Shown here piece after piece: positions 27,681-37,488 of a stretch of DNA of 64,000 bases. Origin of the DNA: Hyphomonadaceae bacterium (lineage in GTDB: Bacteria > Pseudomonadota > Alphaproteobacteria > Caulobacterales > Aquidulcibacteraceae). The notes beneath the pieces are model-generated. The model had not been told where the DNA came from and made no database searches. It worked only from the letters and a program-made list of their open reading frames with translations. Numbering within the stretch: position 1 is the stretch's first letter; every line of letters begins with the position of its first letter. The DNA lies in contig JALHOC010000003.1 in NCBI GenBank assembly GCA_022843225.1, forward strand, positions 48,290 to 112,289. The letters are read 5' to 3'. The translations under genes and the position numbers were made by a program.

Positions 27681-27742
27681 GGCGACTAAGTCGCAACAGC
27701 AAGAATGTAGCCAAGGATTTCGGCTATTGCAAGTCATTCGCA
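27681..27742. promoter_or_regulatory. Two Fur-like boxes upstream of bfd-bfr
   Basis: GGCGACTAAGTCGCA (27681-27695) and TGCAAGTCATTCGCA (27728-27742), each one mismatch from TGCGA-N5-TCGCA. Confidence 0.55.
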
Positions 27743-27820
27743 TGTGGCTGATTTGAATGCCGCTTGGGGGTCAGCCGTGCGTGGGCTAGAAGGCCCCGCC
27801 TCCAACACAGGAACCCAGGC

Positions 27821-29140
27821 ATGGCCGCAAAGGCCCCCACTGTCGGCATCGTTTCGCTCGGCTGCCCTAAAGCGCTCGTCGATAGCGAGCGCATTATCAC
27901 GCGCCTGCGCTCGGAGGGTTATCAGCTGAGCGGCTCGTATGAAGGCGCTGACCTGGTCGTCGTGAACACTTGCGGCTTCCTCGACAGCGCCAAGGCTGAA
28001 AGTCTCGACGCCATTGGCGAAGCTATCGCCGAGAATGGCAAGGTCATCGTCACCGGCTGCCTCGGCAAGGAAGAGAGCCTGATCCGCGAGACGCACCCGA
28101 AGGTGCTCGAAGTCACCGGGCCGCATCAATACGAGGCGGTGATGGGCGCGGTGCATACGCATCTGCCGCGCTTGCACGATCCGAAAGTCGATCTCGTGCC
28201 TGAGAGCGGGTTGCGGCTCACACCGCGCCACTATGCCTATCTGAAGATTTCAGAGGGCTGCAACAATCGCTGCTCGTTCTGCATCATTCCGAGCATTCGC
28301 GGCGATCTCGTCTCCCGCCCCGCCAACGCGGTGCTAAAAGAAGCCGAGCAGCTGGTGAAGTCTGGCGTGAAAGAATTGCTGGTCATCAGCCAGGACACGT
28401 CCGCTTACGGCGTCGATATGAAGTACGCCGAGAGCAAGTGGAAGGACCGCAGCGTTCGGGCCAAATTCTTCGATCTGTGCAAGGAGCTCGGCGAGTTCGG
28501 CGTGTGGACGCGGCTGCATTATGTGTACCCCTACCCGCACGTGGACGAGGTGATCGGCTTGATGGCGGAAGGCAAAATCTTGCCCTATCTCGACATCCCG
28601 TTTCAGCACGCGAGCCCGCGTCTGCTCAAGGCGATGAAGCGCCCCGCAAATCAGGACAAGATGCTCGAACGCATCGCCTCATGGCGCAAAGTCTGCCCCG
28701 ACCTCACCATCCGCTCGTCCTTCATCGTCGGCTTTCCTGGCGAAACCGAAGATGATTTCGAAACCCTGCTCGACTTCATCGAGGAAGCTGAAATCGATCG
28801 CGCTGGTTGCTTCAAATACGAAAACGTCGACGGCGCGCCCTCGCGCGATCTGGACGACCATGTCGACCAGGACGACATCGACGAACGCTACGACCGCTTC
28901 ATGGAAGTGCAGACCGAACTGGCGCACGCGCGCGGCCAAGCGATGATCGGGCGCACGATTGACGTGATCTCAGACGGCTGGGACGAGGACACTGAAGCCT
29001 ATGCCTGCCGCTCCAAAGCCGACGCGCCCGAGATCGATGGCGTGGTCAACGTCACAAGTGAAACCGAGATCGCTGAAGGCGCGATCTTCCGGGTGCGCGT
29101 CACTGCGGCGGAAGGGCATGAGCTAAAGGGCGCCCTCTAG
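27821..29140 (+). CDS. rimO: Ribosomal protein S12 methylthiotransferase
   Basis: [18 protein letters not shown], radical SAM motif [11 protein letters not shown]-terminal TRAM domain. Confidence 0.97.
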   Translation: MAAKAPTVGIVSLGCPKALVDSERIITRLRSEGYQLSGSYEGADLVVVNTCGFLDSAKAESLDAIGEAIAENGKVIVTGCLGKEESLIRETHPKVLEVTGPHQYEAVMGAVHTHLPRLHDPKVDLVPESGLRLTPRHYAYLKISEGCNNRCSFCIIPSIRGDLVSRPANAVLKEAEQLVKSGVKELLVISQDTSAYGVDMKYAESKWKDRSVRAKFFDLCKELGEFGVWTRLHYVYPYPHVDEVIGLMAEGKILPYLDIPFQHASPRLLKAMKRPANQDKMLERIASWRKVCPDLTIRSSFIVGFPGETEDDFETLLDFIEEAEIDRAGCFKYENVDGAPSRDLDDHVDQDDIDERYDRFMEVQTELAHARGQAMIGRTIDVISDGWDEDTEAYACRSKADAPEIDGVVNVTSETEIAEGAIFRVRVTAAEGHELKGAL

Positions 29141-29156
29141 CCGATCGCCTCGCCCT

Positions 29157-29594
29157 TCACGGGCAGGTGGGCAATCCCCACTCGACGATGATGCCAAACA
29201 CCTTGCGGCTCGCGTTTTCGTATTGAACCGTGATCTGACGGCGCGCCATGCCTGCCGCTTCGATTGAGCGGATGATCATGTCATAGCGTGTGGCTTGCTC
29301 GCGCGTTGTGAGCGGCGTACCTGTCGGCGCGATCATCTCGACGCGGTTGGGCTGAAAATTGAAGCGCTCGGTCCGGCCCGACACTGTAAGCCATATTTGC
29401 GCGGTGTAATTGTCGATGTCCTGTACATCCCACAGCTGACGCGCCAGACATCCAGTGATAGTGGACACCGCTGGCGTTGGTGCGGGCGCGGGTATCGCGA
29501 TAGGCGGCAACTGGCGCTCTGGCGGAATGCGCGGGCCCAGTTGCGCTGCGGCGCGTCTTGATTTCGCCGCGCGAGCACGCAGGATGCCCTCCAT
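29157..29594 (-). CDS. Possible orphan ORF or gene remnant, start undefined
   Basis: Distal half is protein-like (CLARQLWDVQDIDNYTAQIWLTVSG..), but no SD and the start collides with the divergent gene. Confidence 0.3.
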   Translation of the reverse strand: MEGILRARAAKSRRAAAQLGPRIPPERQLPPIAIPAPAPTPAVSTITGCLARQLWDVQDIDNYTAQIWLTVSGRTERFNFQPNRVEMIAPTGTPLTTREQATRYDMIIRSIEAAGMARRQITVQYENASRKVFGIIVEWGLPTCP

Positions 29595-30735
29595 GAAGTA
29601 TTTGTTGCTGGTGGCTCTACTCCTTGGCGCGTGTGCGGCGGCGGAGACCGTACCGCTCGCTGCGCCCGCCTCAACGAGCGCGCCCGGCGAATGGGTGCGC
29701 ATCGATCCCCAACCGGTGCGCATCAATGGCCGCTTGTTTGAACCCACCTGCTCGCAAGCGCCCGGCGCCGATCCGGCCTATGCGTTCTGGTTCAAGCAAG
29801 GCGCAAGCGACGGCCTCGTTGTGTACTTCGATGGCGGCGGCGCGTGCTGGGACGATGTGACCTGCGCTGTGCCACGCCTGGCGACCGATCGCCGCGACGG
29901 CGAAGGGCTTTACAAAGCCGAACTCAACCCGAGCGACGAGCCTGTGCGCATGCGCGGCATTTTCGATCTTGCAAACCCGCGTAACCCGGTGCGCGACTGG
30001 AGCATCTTGTTCGTGCCCTATTGCACCGGCGATGTGCATTCGGGCTCCAATACGGCCCACTACCGCGATCCCGACACCGGTGAACCTTACACGATCCAGC
30101 ATCGCGGCTGGGACAATGTGCAAGTGATCCTCGCCTGGATGCGCGCGAACGTGCCCCAGCCGGCGCGCTTGTTGGTGACGGGATCGAGCGCGGGGGCCTA
30201 TGGCGCGGCCACGCACTACGCCGCTTTGCGCGAGATATATCCGCGCGGACGCGCGGTGTTCTTGGGCGACGCAGGCCAGGGCGTGACGACGCCGGACTTC
30301 TTCTCAAGCCGCAACACAAGTTGGAATTACCAGCTCCCGGCGTCGGTGTTTGGGCGCAACGCCCAACTCACCGCCGATGACGACATCGTCGCGCGCTTGG
30401 CCGCGCACTTCCCCCGCGACCGCTTCGCACAATACACGACGAGCTACGACGTCACGCAGCGCGCCTTCTATGCGTTGATGGGCGCGGCGCGCACCTGCGA
30501 TGCTTGGACCAACGCGATGACGCGCGATTTGGAGCGGCGTCAAAGCGCGGCGAACTTCCGCTCCTATCTGGCCCAAGGTGAAACCCACACCATCCTACGC
30601 TCGCCCTTGTTCTACGCAGAGCGATCCGGCGGCGAGCCATTCGCGGAATGGCTAAGCGCGCTGCTGAGTGAGCAAACGCCGGGCAACAAATCCTGCACTG
30701 CTTGCCTCGCCGCGCCGGAGCGCTGTTCGTTCTGA
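29593..30735 (+). CDS. Pectin acetylesterase-family lipoprotein
   Basis: Lipobox LGAC; VYFDGGGACW, VPYCTGDVHSG, VTGSSAGAYG nucleophile elbow. Confidence 0.88.
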   Translation: MKYLLLVALLLGACAAAETVPLAAPASTSAPGEWVRIDPQPVRINGRLFEPTCSQAPGADPAYAFWFKQGASDGLVVYFDGGGACWDDVTCAVPRLATDRRDGEGLYKAELNPSDEPVRMRGIFDLANPRNPVRDWSILFVPYCTGDVHSGSNTAHYRDPDTGEPYTIQHRGWDNVQVILAWMRANVPQPARLLVTGSSAGAYGAATHYAALREIYPRGRAVFLGDAGQGVTTPDFFSSRNTSWNYQLPASVFGRNAQLTADDDIVARLAAHFPRDRFAQYTTSYDVTQRAFYALMGAARTCDAWTNAMTRDLERRQSAANFRSYLAQGETHTILRSPLFYAERSGGEPFAEWLSALLSEQTPGNKSCTACLAAPERCSF

Positions 30736-31184
30736 GCGGCGCGCCGACGATCTTCGTCGATGCCGACGCCTGCCCCGTGAAGGAGGAGGTCTATAAGGTC
30801 GCGCGCCGCACCGGCTGCAAAGTGTTCGTTGTGGCGAACGCCTTCATGCGCACGCCGCCCAATGTCGAGTTCGTGGTTGTGGATTCAGGTCCCGACGCCG
30901 CCGACGATTGGATCGCCGAACGCGTAAAGCCGCGCGACATCGTCATCACCAATGACATCCCGCTCGCCGACCGCGCCTTGAAAGCCGGCGCCTCGGCGCT
31001 GGGCGCGACTGGCAAGGCGTTCACCACCGCCTCCATCGGCGCGGCCTTGGCGCAACGCGAGCTGATGGAACATCTGCGCTCCTTCGGCGAGGGACAGGGC
31101 GGGCCGAAACCGTTCTCCGCCGCCGACCGCTCGCGCTTTCTCTCAGCGCTGGATGCGGCGGTGATGAAGGCGAAGCGGCGGTGA
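30732..31184 (+). CDS. yaiI: YaiI/YqxD (UPF0178) family protein
   Basis: IFVDADACPVK, GPDAADDWIAE, VITNDIPLA; start uncertain (CTG 30732 or TTG 30702). Confidence 0.92.
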   Translation: MSGAPTIFVDADACPVKEEVYKVARRTGCKVFVVANAFMRTPPNVEFVVVDSGPDAADDWIAERVKPRDIVITNDIPLADRALKAGASALGATGKAFTTASIGAALAQRELMEHLRSFGEGQGGPKPFSAADRSRFLSALDAAVMKAKRR

Positions 31185-31311
31185 GTATGCATTTCGCCGA
31201 AACACGACATTCTACGATGATGGTCTCGCGGGTAGTGGACAAGGTCGTAACGATCTCGACCTAGGGATCGAAGCGTTGACGCAGGCGACGTTGCTGACCC
31301 AGGAAACGGGA

Positions 31312-32031
31312 ATGGATTGGGATGCCTTCTTCGCGGTTCATCGCGACCTGCCCCGGGAGGGACCGGGGCTGGCCGAGGATGTCGCCTGGGCGGGGCAACT
31401 GATCGGGATCTCGCCGCAGGGGTTTGTATGCGACGCTGGTTGCGGTCCCGGCGGCGATCTAGCGGCGCTTCGCCAACTTGTACCGCATGGCCGGATCGAT
31501 GGGTTTGAGACCGTGTCGCACTTTGTAGAAGCGGCAAGAGAGAAGTTCTCCGGCGACCCGTCTGTGCGGATTTTCGAAGCCAGCATGGAGCAGCTGAGCG
31601 GCCCCTATGATCTGATCTGGTCCGCCGGGGCGGTCTATTTTCTTGGCGTTTCGCGAGCGCTCGAAGCTTGGCGCGGCGCGTTGGCCGATAAGGGCGCGGT
31701 AGCGTTCAGTCATCCCTGTCTTTTCACGGATGCGCCGTCCGAGGCCGCGTTGGCTTTTTGGGAGGCCGAGCCCGGCAGCATCGAAACGGAGACTGCGACC
31801 CGCGCCCAGATCGCCGCCGTCGGCTGGCAGGTTCTCGCCACTCGGCCGCTCTCGGATGCCGCTTGGACAGCCTATCATGACCCGTTGCTGGCGCGCTGCG
31901 ACACACTTGCGGCGGCCGGTACAAGCGACTCTGTGGCTACCGCCGTTGCTGCCGCCCGCAAGGAAGCGTCCGACTGGCGTGCCGTGGCCGGCGAAACTGG
32001 ATATGTGCTTTATGTCGTTCGTCCCGGCTGA
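31312..32031 (+). CDS. Class I SAM-dependent methyltransferase
   Basis: FFAVHRDLPREGPG, DAGCGPG, YDLIWSAGAVY. Confidence 0.9.
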   Translation: MDWDAFFAVHRDLPREGPGLAEDVAWAGQLIGISPQGFVCDAGCGPGGDLAALRQLVPHGRIDGFETVSHFVEAAREKFSGDPSVRIFEASMEQLSGPYDLIWSAGAVYFLGVSRALEAWRGALADKGAVAFSHPCLFTDAPSEAALAFWEAEPGSIETETATRAQIAAVGWQVLATRPLSDAAWTAYHDPLLARCDTLAAAGTSDSVATAVAAARKEASDWRAVAGETGYVLYVVRPG

Positions 32032-32067
32032 GCTGCGTCGCTGTGTCATGTTTGGGCCACGAACACC

Positions 32068-34068
32068 CTACCCCAACTCAATCATCACCTCATCCGCCGC
32101 GACGCTCGCGCCGGCCGCCACATGCACCTTCGCGATCACGCCATCGCGTTCGGCGCGGATGATGTTTTGCATCTTCATCGCTTCGACCACGGCAACGCCC
32201 TCGCCTGCCTTCACCTCCTGGCCCGCTCTCACATCGATTGAAATCACCAAGCCCGGCATCGGCGACACGATCAATTTTGACGTATCCGCCTTCTGCTTTT
32301 CCGGGATTTTCTTGATCAGTTCGGCGCCGCGCGGCGTCGCCACCGTGGCGAGCGCGGTGATGCCGCGATGGCGCAAAGTGTAGCCTTCGGGCGCAGTTTT
32401 GATCTTCACCGCGAACGGCTTGCCGTCAAAGCTGCCTTCAATGATGCGCGCGCCAGGGCGCGTGAGCGTATCGAGGCGGTGCTTTTTGCCATCGATAAGG
32501 ACGTCCGCGCCCGCGTTGTCCAGAGACACCTGGGTCAGGTGATGCACCTTATCGAGGATCACCACCCAATCCTTTTGGGCGTCATCGGCGCCGCCATTGA
32601 GACGTCCGCTGGTTTGCGTCGCGCGCCGCGCCGTGAACGAGCGCGCCACCGCCGCGCAGGCGATCAGGAGCTTCTCTTGCGTCTTCGTAGGCGTGGCGCC
32701 CTGGAAGCCATCGGGGAATTTTTGCTTGATGTAAGCTGTGGTGAAATCGCCTTTGCGAAAATCGGCCTCCTCCATCACCGCGCCCAGAAAGGGAATATTG
32801 TCGGCGATGCCGTCGATCAGGAATTGATCGAGAGCGCGCGCCTGCGCGTCGATGGCCGCGATCCGCGTCGGCCCATAGGTGATGAGCTTGGCGATCATCG
32901 GATCGTAGAACATCGAGATTTCATCGCCCTCGCGTACGCCGGTTTCGTTGCGCAGCGTAATGTCGCCGGTCTTGCCCTCTGCCGGGGCGCGATAGGTGCG
33001 GAGGCGCCCAATCGAAGGCAGGAAGTTGCGGAACGGGTCTTCGGCGTAGATGCGGCTCTCGATCGCCCAGCCTTTGATCTTCAAATCCTTCTGCTTGAAC
33101 GCAAGCTTCTCGCCCGCGGCCACGCGGATCATCTGCTCAACGAGATCAAGCCCGGTGATCATTTCAGACACCGGGTGCTCGACCTGGAGCCGCGTATTCA
33201 TCTCAAGAAAGTAGAAGCTCTTATCGGCGCCCGAGGCGACGAACTCCACCGTGCCGGCGCTATCGTAATTCACAGCGCGCGCGAGCGCGACCGCCTGCTC
33301 GCCCATGGCCGCACGCGTCTTTTCATCCAAGAGCGGCGACGGCGCTTCTTCGATCACTTTCTGGTTACGGCGCTGGATTGAGCATTCCCGTTCGAACAGG
33401 TGAACCACGTTGCCATGCTTGTCGCCCATCACCTGGATTTCGATGTGGCGTGGCGCGGTGACGAACTTCTCGATGAAGATGCGGTCATCGCCGAAGGCGC
33501 CCTTGGCTTCGGCGCGCACCGCCGGGAAGCCCTCCTCCACATCCTTCTTGTTGTACGCGACGCGTATCCCCTTGCCGCCGCCGCCGGCCGAGGCCTTAAT
33601 CATGACCGGGTAACCGATCTCCTCCGCGATCTGCACGGCGTGATCGACGCCCTCAATTTCGCCGATGAAGCCCGGCACGCACGAGACGCCGGACTCCGCC
33701 GCCGTCTTCTTGCTCTCGATCTTGTCGCCCATGGCGCGGATGGCGTGCGGGTTGGGGCCGATGAAGGTGATCTTCTCAGCCGAAAGCCGATCGGCGAACT
33801 CGGCCTTCTCGGAGAGGAAGCCAAAGCCAGGGTGGATGGCCTGGGCGCCCGTCTGCTTTGCCGCATCAACGATCTTATCGATAACGAGGTAGCTCTGCGC
33901 CGCCGGCGACGGGCCGATGAACACGCCCTCGTCGGCCAGCTCGACAGCAAGGCTGTCGCGGTCGGCTTCAGAGTAAACGATGGCGGTTAGGATGCCCATC
34001 TTGCGGGCGGTGCGGATGATGCGGACGGCGACCTCGCCGCGATTGGCAATCAGGATTTTGTCGAACAT
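32068..34068 (-). CDS. pccA: Propionyl-CoA (acyl-CoA) carboxylase alpha subunit, biotin carboxylase plus BCCP
   Basis: ILIANRGEVA, HPGFGFLSE, ERECSIQRRNQK, LEMNTRLQVEH, EAMKM. Confidence 0.9.
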   Translation of the reverse strand: MFDKILIANRGEVAVRIIRTARKMGILTAIVYSEADRDSLAVELADEGVFIGPSPAAQSYLVIDKIVDAAKQTGAQAIHPGFGFLSEKAEFADRLSAEKITFIGPNPHAIRAMGDKIESKKTAAESGVSCVPGFIGEIEGVDHAVQIAEEIGYPVMIKASAGGGGKGIRVAYNKKDVEEGFPAVRAEAKGAFGDDRIFIEKFVTAPRHIEIQVMGDKHGNVVHLFERECSIQRRNQKVIEEAPSPLLDEKTRAAMGEQAVALARAVNYDSAGTVEFVASGADKSFYFLEMNTRLQVEHPVSEMITGLDLVEQMIRVAAGEKLAFKQKDLKIKGWAIESRIYAEDPFRNFLPSIGRLRTYRAPAEGKTGDITLRNETGVREGDEISMFYDPMIAKLITYGPTRIAAIDAQARALDQFLIDGIADNIPFLGAVMEEADFRKGDFTTAYIKQKFPDGFQGATPTKTQEKLLIACAAVARSFTARRATQTSGRLNGGADDAQKDWVVILDKVHHLTQVSLDNAGADVLIDGKKHRLDTLTRPGARIIEGSFDGKPFAVKIKTAPEGYTLRHRGITALATVATPRGAELIKKIPEKQKADTSKLIVSPMPGLVISIDVRAGQEVKAGEGVAVVEAMKMQNIIRAERDGVIAKVHVAAGASVAADEVMIELG

Positions 34069-34266
34069 GGGCTGAGGGTGTTAGCGACGTTTGCCGGGGC
34101 CGTCATCCATTCCGGGCGCAAAGCGACAATCAAGCACCCTCAAACGGCCAACCGCCCCAAAATGGCGCACGCGCACCGGGCGAGGGCCGCTCGCCTCGTT
34201 GGCATGGGGGTTGCAGCCCTTAGGCGTTAACGCCGCTCAACCATGGCGGCCACGGAGCAACACCCC

Positions 34267-36036
34267 ATGTACTACGAAGAAGACGAACGCGATCCGTTCG
34301 AAGCCTTCGGCGACGTCGACAGCGCAGCGGACGCTGCGTCGGACTTGGACTTCGATCCAGATTTCGACGCCGAATTGGAGCGCGCGGCGCTCGCGGCTGG
34401 ACCTGAGCACAAGGCGGGGCGCTTTGACCAATACGCGCCGGAACACGCCCCAGCGCCGGTGAAGACCGGCTTTTCCTGGGCTGGTTTCCTTGGCGGCATA
34501 GCCTCCTTGATCTGGATCGGCGGCGCCATCGGCGGGCCGTTGACCTATTACGGACTCGACTCCGTCATGAGCATGGACCCCGCCATGCAGGGCGGCTTCA
34601 TCGCCTTGGCCTTTGGCCCCGCGCTCTTGTTCTGGGTCGCGGCATCGGCCGCTGGCGAAGCCTTGAAGGCGCGCAAGCTCGCAGCCGAACTGACGATCAT
34701 CGCGCGCGACGTGCGCGCGCCGTTCGAGGCGGGCCAAGCCGACGCCCAGCGCATGGGCGCTTCGGTGCGCGGTGAATTGGAGGCGCTCACCGACGCTGTC
34801 GCCAACGCCCTCGACCGCATGGCTGAACTCGAACTCTCCGCCAAGCGCAACACCGCCATGTTCGGCGAAACCATTGAAGCTTCACACGTCAGCGCCGCGG
34901 CGCTGACCCATGCGATCAAGCGCGAGCGTGATGCGCTCGCTGAGATCAGCACGGATCTGCGCGGCCAAACCGAAACCGTCGCCCACTCGATCGGCCGCCA
35001 AGTGCGGCTGATGCGCGAAGCCTCAAAACTGGTTACCTCCGAGATGCGCGCAGCCGAGGATGCGTTGCAGGCGCACCTCGCTTCCTTCGCGGCCTCCGCC
35101 AGCATGATCGGCGAACGCACCAGCGCTTTCCATCACGCCGCCGACGAAGCGTCCGCCGCAGCCGCTTCCCTCAACGGAACGATGGCCGTGATGCTCGATG
35201 GCTTGAGCGAGGCGACCAAGCTTTCAGAGTCCGCGCGCAAGTCGAGCGAACAGGCCGTGATGGCCGCCAACGAAACAGCCGGCGCGCTGCGCGAAACCAC
35301 ACGCAGCGCCGTGTTCGAAGCCAAACGCGCGGCGCAATTGATCCGCGCTGAAACCCAAGCCATGCAGGAAAGCGCCGCCGAGACGCTGGCCAAACTGAAG
35401 GACGCCGCGAGCGCCGCGCAGGCCGCGTCGCAAAACGGTCGCGCCGCCGCCAACCGGCACGCTGCACCCAAGGTGAAGGCGACAGAGCCTGTGAACGTCC
35501 GCTCGAACGAACGCGAAGAGATGTCGGACCTGCGCGCCGCCGCCAATGCCGCCATCGCCCGCACGCGCGCCCCGACACGTACGACCGAGGAAGAGCGCCG
35601 CTCCGCATTCAAGGGCTTCGGCAGCTGGGGCAATTTCATGCCGCGCTCGCAGGCGGAGGAAGCGCCGCCTGCCGCCAATGAGGATTTCGACCTGGTAGAC
35701 TTTGACTCGAAGCGCGATCCAGATGTCGCCTTGAAGTGCGAAGCGCTTGATCTCGTGGCCGACGCGGGAGTTGACCTCGAAGATGTGCTCGCCGCCAGCG
35801 ACCTCGCACGCATCGCCCGCTTCTCGCGCGATGGCGCAGCGTCGCGTCGCCGCGCTGTGTCCGATGCCGCCCCGGGCGCTGTAACGCGCATCGCGCGCTA
35901 TGTCGGCCGCAACGAAAAGGCGCACTTGGTCGCCAACGAATTCCGCACGCGCCCTGACCTCGCCAAGAGCGAAGACAAAGCGGAAGGTTCAGACCTTGTA
36001 CGCGCTTACCTGCTGATCGACGCTGCGCTCGCCTGA
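34267..36036 (+). CDS. TipN-like polar landmark protein (acidic N-terminus, 2 TM, coiled coil)
   Basis: Architecture plus C-terminal RRAVSDAAPGAVTRIAR..RAYLLIDAA resembling TipN (recall); SD GGAG 9 nt upstream. Confidence 0.6.
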   Translation: MYYEEDERDPFEAFGDVDSAADAASDLDFDPDFDAELERAALAAGPEHKAGRFDQYAPEHAPAPVKTGFSWAGFLGGIASLIWIGGAIGGPLTYYGLDSVMSMDPAMQGGFIALAFGPALLFWVAASAAGEALKARKLAAELTIIARDVRAPFEAGQADAQRMGASVRGELEALTDAVANALDRMAELELSAKRNTAMFGETIEASHVSAAALTHAIKRERDALAEISTDLRGQTETVAHSIGRQVRLMREASKLVTSEMRAAEDALQAHLASFAASASMIGERTSAFHHAADEASAAAASLNGTMAVMLDGLSEATKLSESARKSSEQAVMAANETAGALRETTRSAVFEAKRAAQLIRAETQAMQESAAETLAKLKDAASAAQAASQNGRAAANRHAAPKVKATEPVNVRSNEREEMSDLRAAANAAIARTRAPTRTTEEERRSAFKGFGSWGNFMPRSQAEEAPPAANEDFDLVDFDSKRDPDVALKCEALDLVADAGVDLEDVLAASDLARIARFSRDGAASRRRAVSDAAPGAVTRIARYVGRNEKAHLVANEFRTRPDLAKSEDKAEGSDLVRAYLLIDAALA

Positions 36037-36617
36037 GCCGCGCTTTCCGCCGCAAACACCCCAATACGCGCGCTGCCTTCGCGGGCGGCGCGCGTCAGTG
36101 CTTGGGTGGCCGCCGACGAGGTGCGATCCGCTACAGGCGACGACGCTTCGATAATTCGCTGGGCGATGATGCGCCGTCCCGGCAGCGCGACAAGCTTCAC
36201 ATCCGCCACGAAGCGCGCTGACATATCCGTTTCGAGTATCTCGAAGTCCAAAACCTCCCAGCGGATTTCATAATCACCACGCGCCTCACCTGTACGCGTG
36301 GAGGCGTTGAAGCGTTCTTGCCGGATGAGCGTCTCGACCAACAGCGATTGCAGCGCCAAATCCGCGCGGTTCGACCATTGCGATTGCGCCACGAACGCCA
36401 ATTCATCGCCGGTTCGCCAAACCACATCCGTACCTAGAATAGCGCGCTCGCCGGTCGGCAACGCGACGCCAACCGCGCCAGTCACGCCGGGCGTTTGCGC
36501 TGCGCTCACTTCGCCCGCTTCCAGCACGTAAATGCGCGGCGGCGGCGCCGGCTCCGGCAGCAATGAAATACAAGCGCCTAGGACAAGCAACGGCAGGACT
36601 ATTGCGGCGCGCATCAT
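36006..36617 (-). CDS. ABC-type transport auxiliary lipoprotein (PqiC-like)
   Basis: Lipobox LGAC; AQSQWS, DFEI..ARFVADVKLV; last gene of the Mla-like operon. Confidence 0.85.
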   Translation of the reverse strand: MMRAAIVLPLLVLGACISLLPEPAPPPRIYVLEAGEVSAAQTPGVTGAVGVALPTGERAILGTDVVWRTGDELAFVAQSQWSNRADLALQSLLVETLIRQERFNASTRTGEARGDYEIRWEVLDFEILETDMSARFVADVKLVALPGRRIIAQRIIEASSPVADRTSSAATQALTRAAREGSARIGVFAAESAAQASAASISR

Positions 36618-37483
36618 GGCCGTAGCTCCAGTGTGGGCCGCGGCGCGCGCGGCGTGAGGACTGAGGGGTTTTCTTCCAAATTGGTCGCCACCCGGCCGAT
36701 GGCGGCGGAGGCGCGGCGAATTTCTTCAGCGGCAAGCGTGAGTTCCGGCAGCGTCTCGCCCGAAGCCACCGCTGCGGCGTCGCGGATTTCGCCCATGGCG
36801 TCATCCAGATCGGCCAGCTGCGTCTGAGTTTGACGCGCAAGCGCAGCGATGTCGTTGGCGGCGGTTGTCATGGCGCCGGCGGCCTCACCGGACCGCGCGA
36901 TCACCGATTGACGATCCGCAAGCTGGCTGGAAACCGTCTCAAGATTGTTGAGGATGCGCGACACACGCGCGATGTTCTCATCCGTGAGCAAGTCACGCAC
37001 CGACGCCATCGCCTCGGACGCCCGCATCACGATGTCCTCGCTCCGCTCGACAATGATGTCGATCTGACTACCGCGCCCCGCGATGCGCGGTCGTGGAGCG
37101 GCGAATGTCGGGCGCAATATCTGCGCGTCATCCGTGCCGGCCGAGAGTTGGATGAGCGTGACGCCTGTCAATCCGATCGGCTCAAGTTGAGCCTCGCTGT
37201 CGGCGCGCACGGGAACTTCCGATGCCACGCGTATCAGCGCGATCACGTGGCTGGTGTTTTCGGGATCAATCCGCAGTTCCTGCACTTCGCCGACCTTGAT
37301 TCCGTTGAAGCGCACCTCGCCCCCTTCTGTGAGCCCGCGCACGGGGTCGGTAAACACGACATCATACTCGATGTACCCGCGTCGATACTCGGAATTGGCG
37401 AGCCACATTGCAAACAGCATGATGAGCGCCGCGCCGATGAGGGTCGCCGCGCCGATGAGGATGTAATTGGCTTTGGTTTCCAT
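36614..37483 (-). CDS. mlaD: MlaD/MCE family protein
   Basis: METKANYILIG, VRGLTEGGEVRFNGIKVGEV, IGLTGVTLIQL. Confidence 0.92.
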   Translation of the reverse strand: METKANYILIGAATLIGAALIMLFAMWLANSEYRRGYIEYDVVFTDPVRGLTEGGEVRFNGIKVGEVQELRIDPENTSHVIALIRVASEVPVRADSEAQLEPIGLTGVTLIQLSAGTDDAQILRPTFAAPRPRIAGRGSQIDIIVERSEDIVMRASEAMASVRDLLTDENIARVSRILNNLETVSSQLADRQSVIARSGEAAGAMTTAANDIAALARQTQTQLADLDDAMGEIRDAAAVASGETLPELTLAAEEIRRASAAIGRVATNLEENPSVLTPRAPRPTLELRP

Positions 37484-37488
37484 GGGTC

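Noticed and set aside
34223-34234. Palindrome GGCGTTAACGCC upstream of the TipN-like gene as a CtrA site
   Set aside because: Half-site only; no second TTAA at N7 spacing
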